From Acaryochloridaceae cyanobacterium SU_2_1 (GTDB lineage: Bacteria > Cyanobacteriota > Cyanobacteriia > Thermosynechococcales > Thermosynechococcaceae): a stretch of 24,000 nucleotides of DNA. Positions 20,457-24,000 of this stretch are shown piece by piece (within the stretch, counting starts at the first letter, position 1; the number at the start of each line of letters is the position of its first letter). A program made the position numbers and the translations under genes. The stretch spans positions 18,023 to 42,022 of the forward strand of contig JAAUUW010000009.1 in assembly GCA_012030735.1 (NCBI GenBank). Direction: 5' to 3'. Below the pieces are notes generated by a model. It had not been told where the DNA came from. It saw nothing but the letters and a program-made list of their open reading frames with translations, and did no database searches.

Positions 20457-21133
20457 TGACTGATTCTGCCACTGCGATTGGAGAGCGGATTACGCGTATT
20501 CGCCAGGAGTTGCCGAGTCACGTCACCCTCATTGCAGTGTCCAAATCTATGCCCGTTGAGGATATCCGCCAAGCTTATGCAGCCGGAGTCCGCGACTTTG
20601 GTGAAAGTCGGATTCAAGAAGCGATCACTAAACAAGCTAATTTACAAGATTTGTCAGATATTACCTGGCATTTTCTGGGTCATCTGCAAGGCAATAAGGC
20701 AAACGCTGCCCTTGATCGCTTTGACTGGATTCATTCTGTGGATCGCTTAGATCTAGCGCAACGTCTTGATCGGTTGGCAGCAGCGCGATCTCAATCACCG
20801 GCTCTATGCCTACAAGTCAAGCTATGGGATGACCCCAGCAAATTTGGATGGTCGCTGGCTGATCTCACCGCCGATCTACCTGAATTGCTGAGATGTCAAA
20901 GCCTCAACATTCGAGGCTTAATGACCATTTTGCCGATGGGACTAACGGAGCAGCAGTCCTTAGAAGTCTTTCAGCAAACCAAAGAGCTCGCTGGACAGTT
21001 GGAGCAGCAAACTCAAGGGGCTTGGCAATTACCCATACTGTCTATGGGCATGTCAAATGATTATCGCTTAGCAATTCAAGCTGGTGCCACCATGGTGCGT
21101 TTAGGGCGATCTATCTTTGGCGATCTCAACTAG
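20456..21133 (+). CDS. pipY: YggS/PLPBP family pyridoxal-phosphate homeostasis protein (PipY)
   Basis: ATG at 20456 overlaps the pipX TGA (TGATG). LIAVSKSMPVEDIRQAYAAGVRDFGESRIQEA, WHFLGHLQGNKA, LNIRGLMTI, LSMGMSNDYRLAIQAGATMVRLGRSIFG. Confidence 0.95.
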   Translation: MTDSATAIGERITRIRQELPSHVTLIAVSKSMPVEDIRQAYAAGVRDFGESRIQEAITKQANLQDLSDITWHFLGHLQGNKANAALDRFDWIHSVDRLDLAQRLDRLAAARSQSPALCLQVKLWDDPSKFGWSLADLTADLPELLRCQSLNIRGLMTILPMGLTEQQSLEVFQQTKELAGQLEQQTQGAWQLPILSMGMSNDYRLAIQAGATMVRLGRSIFGDLN

Positions 21134-21148
21134 AGGTGCTCCTGTGTC

Positions 21149-21169
21149 AACCAACATCGGCTTGGTTTT
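21149..21169 (+). terminator. Weak terminator-like hairpin after pipY
   Basis: AACCAA-CATCGGC-TTGGTT followed by TTC; an outer AACTAG (21128-21133) pairs with CTAGTT (21170-21175). Confidence 0.35.
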
Positions 21170-21342
21170 CTAGTTTCCCTTCTGGGGCTAGAACCCTCTA
21201 CTGGCATAGAATTACTCCTCATCCATACTTGGATTCTACCTCTTGCTCGCAGCTAGTTTCTGAGGAGCGATCTGTGAAAAATCTGGCTTAAGGAGCATAA
21301 ATTGCTTATTTTAAAGTTTAGTTGCAATTATCTTTGGTATGC

Positions 21343-21369
21343 TTGACAGATGAAATGTTGATGTATAAT
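21343..21369 (+). promoter_or_regulatory. Sigma70-type promoter upstream of sepF
   Basis: TTGACA (21343-21348), 15-bp spacer, TATAAT (21364-21369). Confidence 0.6.
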
Positions 21370-21617
21370 TCAGTCTTGTTTTCTAGAGCATATTTTTGTG
21401 ATAGACAACCATCACAAATAGTTCTTCAGACTGAGAATAATGATCAACCTTGGTATTGACAAAATAGATGAATACCAGTTTGATCTTAAAGATTCAATTT
21501 AAGATACATCTTTTGACGATTTTTTTGAGAATAACCACAGATTGAACCATCCTTCGGTCTAGCCTATTTGGTTATCTATGTTCTGAACTCTTCCTACTTT
21601 TAGATGGAGCCTGACTT

Positions 21618-22205
21618 GTGAGTATAATTAGCAGATTAAGAGATTTCGTTGGCATCCCCGAAGCCGATGAATATATCGGTTACGGTGGTGAATACGACGA
21701 GATTCCTCAAGAAGGGTATGCCGATAGCTATGCAACAGACTATCCTGAATCTACGCATTCGTCAGCAGAGCAACCGACCAGTCAATCTGAATTAGAACAG
21801 GGGTCAGCCGTGAATACAAACTCAAACGTTGTTGGTATGCCCGGAACAGGGCGTTTTTGGGGTTCGACTACCGAGGTGTTGGTCATGGAACCAAGAGCCT
21901 TTGACGAAATGCCCCAAGTGATTCAAGCCCTACGCGAACGTAAATCAGTGGTGTTGAATCTCACCATGATGGAGCCAAATCAAGCCCAGCGAGCAGTGGA
22001 TTTCGTTGCTGGTGCCACCTACACCATCGATGGGCACCAAGAGCGGGTTGGCGATAGTATCTTCCTGTTCACACCGAGCTGTGTACAGGTGAGCACATCA
22101 TTGGGCGTGGTTCATGAAGCACCACCTCAGCCGAGTTTTTCTGCTCGTCCATCCACGACCTCGCCTTGGCAAAGTGACATGGCTAACCAAGCCATCGCTC
22201 AATAG
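21618..22205 (+). CDS. sepF: Cell division protein SepF (GTG start)
   Basis: 195 aa; [28 protein letters not shown]...[73 protein letters not shown]. Confidence 0.93.
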   Translation: MSIISRLRDFVGIPEADEYIGYGGEYDEIPQEGYADSYATDYPESTHSSAEQPTSQSELEQGSAVNTNSNVVGMPGTGRFWGSTTEVLVMEPRAFDEMPQVIQALRERKSVVLNLTMMEPNQAQRAVDFVAGATYTIDGHQERVGDSIFLFTPSCVQVSTSLGVVHEAPPQPSFSARPSTTSPWQSDMANQAIAQ

Positions 22206-22371
22206 TCTAGTTTGCTAAATGGTCTAACCTGACAGTCTTTGCTTTCGGTTCAATACATTCTTGCTTGCAGGCATCCCTCCAGTGGTTTGGATGTCTGCGG
22301 TGCTTTTCAGTCGGCTTAGCCAAGGGAAAGTCCTGTTTCTGCGCTCTTGTGATTAGCGTTAGGGTTTGTTT

Positions 22372-23190
22372 ATGCAAGACTCTCCGGATCAACTTGGCAT
22401 CATCGGTGGTGGCGTTATGGCAGAGTCCATTTTGTCGCGACTACTCTCTCAAGGACTCTACCGTTCAGATCAGATTCTAGTCAGTGATGTATCTGCTGAG
22501 CGCCTTCAGTATTTAGCCGACCATTATCAGGTTCGAGGAGTAGCTGATAACCCTCTGGTGGCGATCTCCTCCTCAATATTAATTTTAGCGATCAAGCCGC
22601 AGGTCTTTGATCAAGTAGCGGCTCAACTTCGGGCGACTACCCATGCCTTTCCCTTGGTGATTTCGATCTTGGCAGGGGTTTCCTTGGCGAGGTTAGAGAC
22701 GGCGTTTGGAGATACTCCCCTGGTGCGGGTGATGCCGAATACGCCAGCCCAGGTGGGAGCGGCCATGACTGCGATCGCCTTAGGCAAGCAGGCCAAGGTG
22801 CATCACCAAGAACAGGTGCAGCAATTATTTACAGCGATTGGGGAAGTGGTGACTGTACCAGAATCGCTAATGGATGCCGTGACGGGTTTGTCTGGCTCGG
22901 GACCCGCCTTTGTGGCTATGGTTCTAGAGGCCTTAGCGGATGGTGGGGTGGCAGTGGGCTTGCCTCGGTCGATGGCGGCTCAACTTGCCTTGCAAACCCT
23001 GTTGGGCACTGCCCTTTTGGTGCGGGAGACGGGGATTCATCCTGCCCAACTCAAGGATCAAGTCACCAGTCCTGGAGGGACAACCATCGCCGGGGTGGCG
23101 GCCTTAGAAAAAGCGGGTCTGCGTGGAGCGCTGATGGATGCTGTGCAAGCGGCCTATCAGCGCTCGCAACAATTGGGGGCTGATCGATGA
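22372..23190 (+). CDS. proC: Pyrroline-5-carboxylate reductase
   Basis: LGIIGGGVMAESIL, LAIKPQVF, VRVMPNTPAQVGAAMTAIA, DAVTGLSGSGPAFVAMVLEALADGGVAVGL, QVTSPGGTTIAGVAALE. Confidence 0.95.
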   Translation: MQDSPDQLGIIGGGVMAESILSRLLSQGLYRSDQILVSDVSAERLQYLADHYQVRGVADNPLVAISSSILILAIKPQVFDQVAAQLRATTHAFPLVISILAGVSLARLETAFGDTPLVRVMPNTPAQVGAAMTAIALGKQAKVHHQEQVQQLFTAIGEVVTVPESLMDAVTGLSGSGPAFVAMVLEALADGGVAVGLPRSMAAQLALQTLLGTALLVRETGIHPAQLKDQVTSPGGTTIAGVAALEKAGLRGALMDAVQAAYQRSQQLGADR

Positions 23191-23251
23191 TCGATTGGCA
23201 GAGGGTCAAATTTTTATCGGGTTGAGTTCTGCAAGATGGAAAGGTCTGGCT

Positions 23252-23590
23252 ATGGGTATTTGGGTTAATTGGCTCCCGCAGGCTAGGCAGATCGGGTTGA
23301 GGGGGGCGATCTTATTACCCCTCTTCTTGTTCGGGTGCTTATTGACCCCTTTAAGGGCAGAAGCCTTTTCTTGTTTGGCGTTGCAGGGGCATCAGATTTG
23401 TGTGACCACCTTAAATCGAAGTGCCAAAAACTATTGGGAATATCGAGTCACGCTAGAAATTGATGGTGTGCAGCAAGCCCAGGAGGTTTATAACTGCCGC
23501 GATCACCTTCGTATTCAAGCCGATGGCAAAATAAGAGACTTCAGCGATCAAGACCCCCATCTGTTGGTCTGTCGATTGTATAAGCCCTGA
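23252..23590 (+). CDS. Small exported hypothetical protein
   Basis: MGIWVNWLPQARQIGLRGAILLPLFLFGCLLTPLRAEA signal-like N terminus, mature part with 4 cysteines (FSCLALQGHQICV...NCRDH...VCRLYKP). Confidence 0.6.
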   Translation: MGIWVNWLPQARQIGLRGAILLPLFLFGCLLTPLRAEAFSCLALQGHQICVTTLNRSAKNYWEYRVTLEIDGVQQAQEVYNCRDHLRIQADGKIRDFSDQDPHLLVCRLYKP

Positions 23591-23622
23591 GGAATGAAAG
23601 GATCGGCCCTCAGAGTGAACCG

Positions 23623-24000
23623 TTAGGGAATTTCATAAAAAGTCAGACAAACGCCTTCTGGATCAATCACCACAAACTCCTTAGGACCCCAAGGCTTTAA
23701 GGCCAGATGCCCCTCTGGATGAATAATACTAGGGTCTTTGTTGCAATATTCAGCATAGAGTTGGTCAATCTGGTGAACTTGAATGCGGAGGCTGAGTTGA
23801 TTGGATAGGGGCTGATAATCTTGCTGGCAGAGGTAGAGTTGAGCCTGATCGCGCTGGACAATGGCAAGTCGGAGGGGATTGCCTTCGCGGTGCAGGGTTT
23901 GAAAACCCAAGCGCTGTTCATAGAATGCGATCGCAACCGCGAGATCTTTCCCTCCAGGAATCAGAGGACTGATATTACCTAGCTGGGCAGGCGCACTCAT
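23623..24000 (-). CDS. VOC/glyoxalase-bleomycin resistance superfamily protein (may extend past the window)
   Basis: 125 aa; ISPLIPGGKDLAVAIAFYEQRLGFQTLHREGN...ALKPWGPKEFVVIDPEGVCLTFYE. Confidence 0.82.
   Translation of the reverse strand: MSAPAQLGNISPLIPGGKDLAVAIAFYEQRLGFQTLHREGNPLRLAIVQRDQAQLYLCQQDYQPLSNQLSLRIQVHQIDQLYAEYCNKDPSIIHPEGHLALKPWGPKEFVVIDPEGVCLTFYEIP

Noticed and set aside
21395-21418. TGTGA...TCACA dyad as a CRP/SyCRP1 site
   Set aside because: The spacer between TGTGA and TCACA is 10 nt rather than the 6 nt of the CRP consensus, and it lies downstream of the -10; more likely an RNA hairpin or unrelated dyad.
1-24000. CRISPR array, transposon, prophage or defence island
   Set aside because: No regularly spaced direct repeats, transposase, integrase or phage proteins; most genes are ordinary cyanobacterial chromosome genes.

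Overview
24 kb of a cyanobacterial chromosome. The origin call rests on bciB, pipX/pipY, DUF3611, a sucrose-phosphatase, and at least 11 HIP1 octamers (GCGATCGC). Intact genes include bciB, a DUF3611 gene, ruvA, sucrose-phosphate phosphatase, leuC, a LURP-one-like gene, an rluE-like pseudouridine synthase, a CbiQ/EcfT-like gene, a pabB-like gene, the pipX-pipY-sepF-proC cluster and a VOC-family gene. Six longer genes are broken by single-base, mostly homopolymer-associated frameshifts: a wHTH-like conserved gene, a truncated STAND/NB-ARC-like helical-repeat gene, an MFS transporter, a zinc-ribbon/Ser-Thr kinase/TM gene, an FHA-Ser/Thr kinase gene, and a zinc-ribbon PP2C phosphatase gene. I see no CRISPR array, rRNA, tRNA, transposase or prophage. 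I do not see a convincing new defence or mobile system. The most interesting items are (1) the concentration of frameshifts in signalling/accessory genes, (2) the zinc-ribbon PP2C plus FHA-kinase locus, whose upstream region carries a perfect 23-bp-arm inverted repeat inside an ORF that runs on from rluE, and (3) a structured leader behind a near-consensus promoter upstream of sepF.
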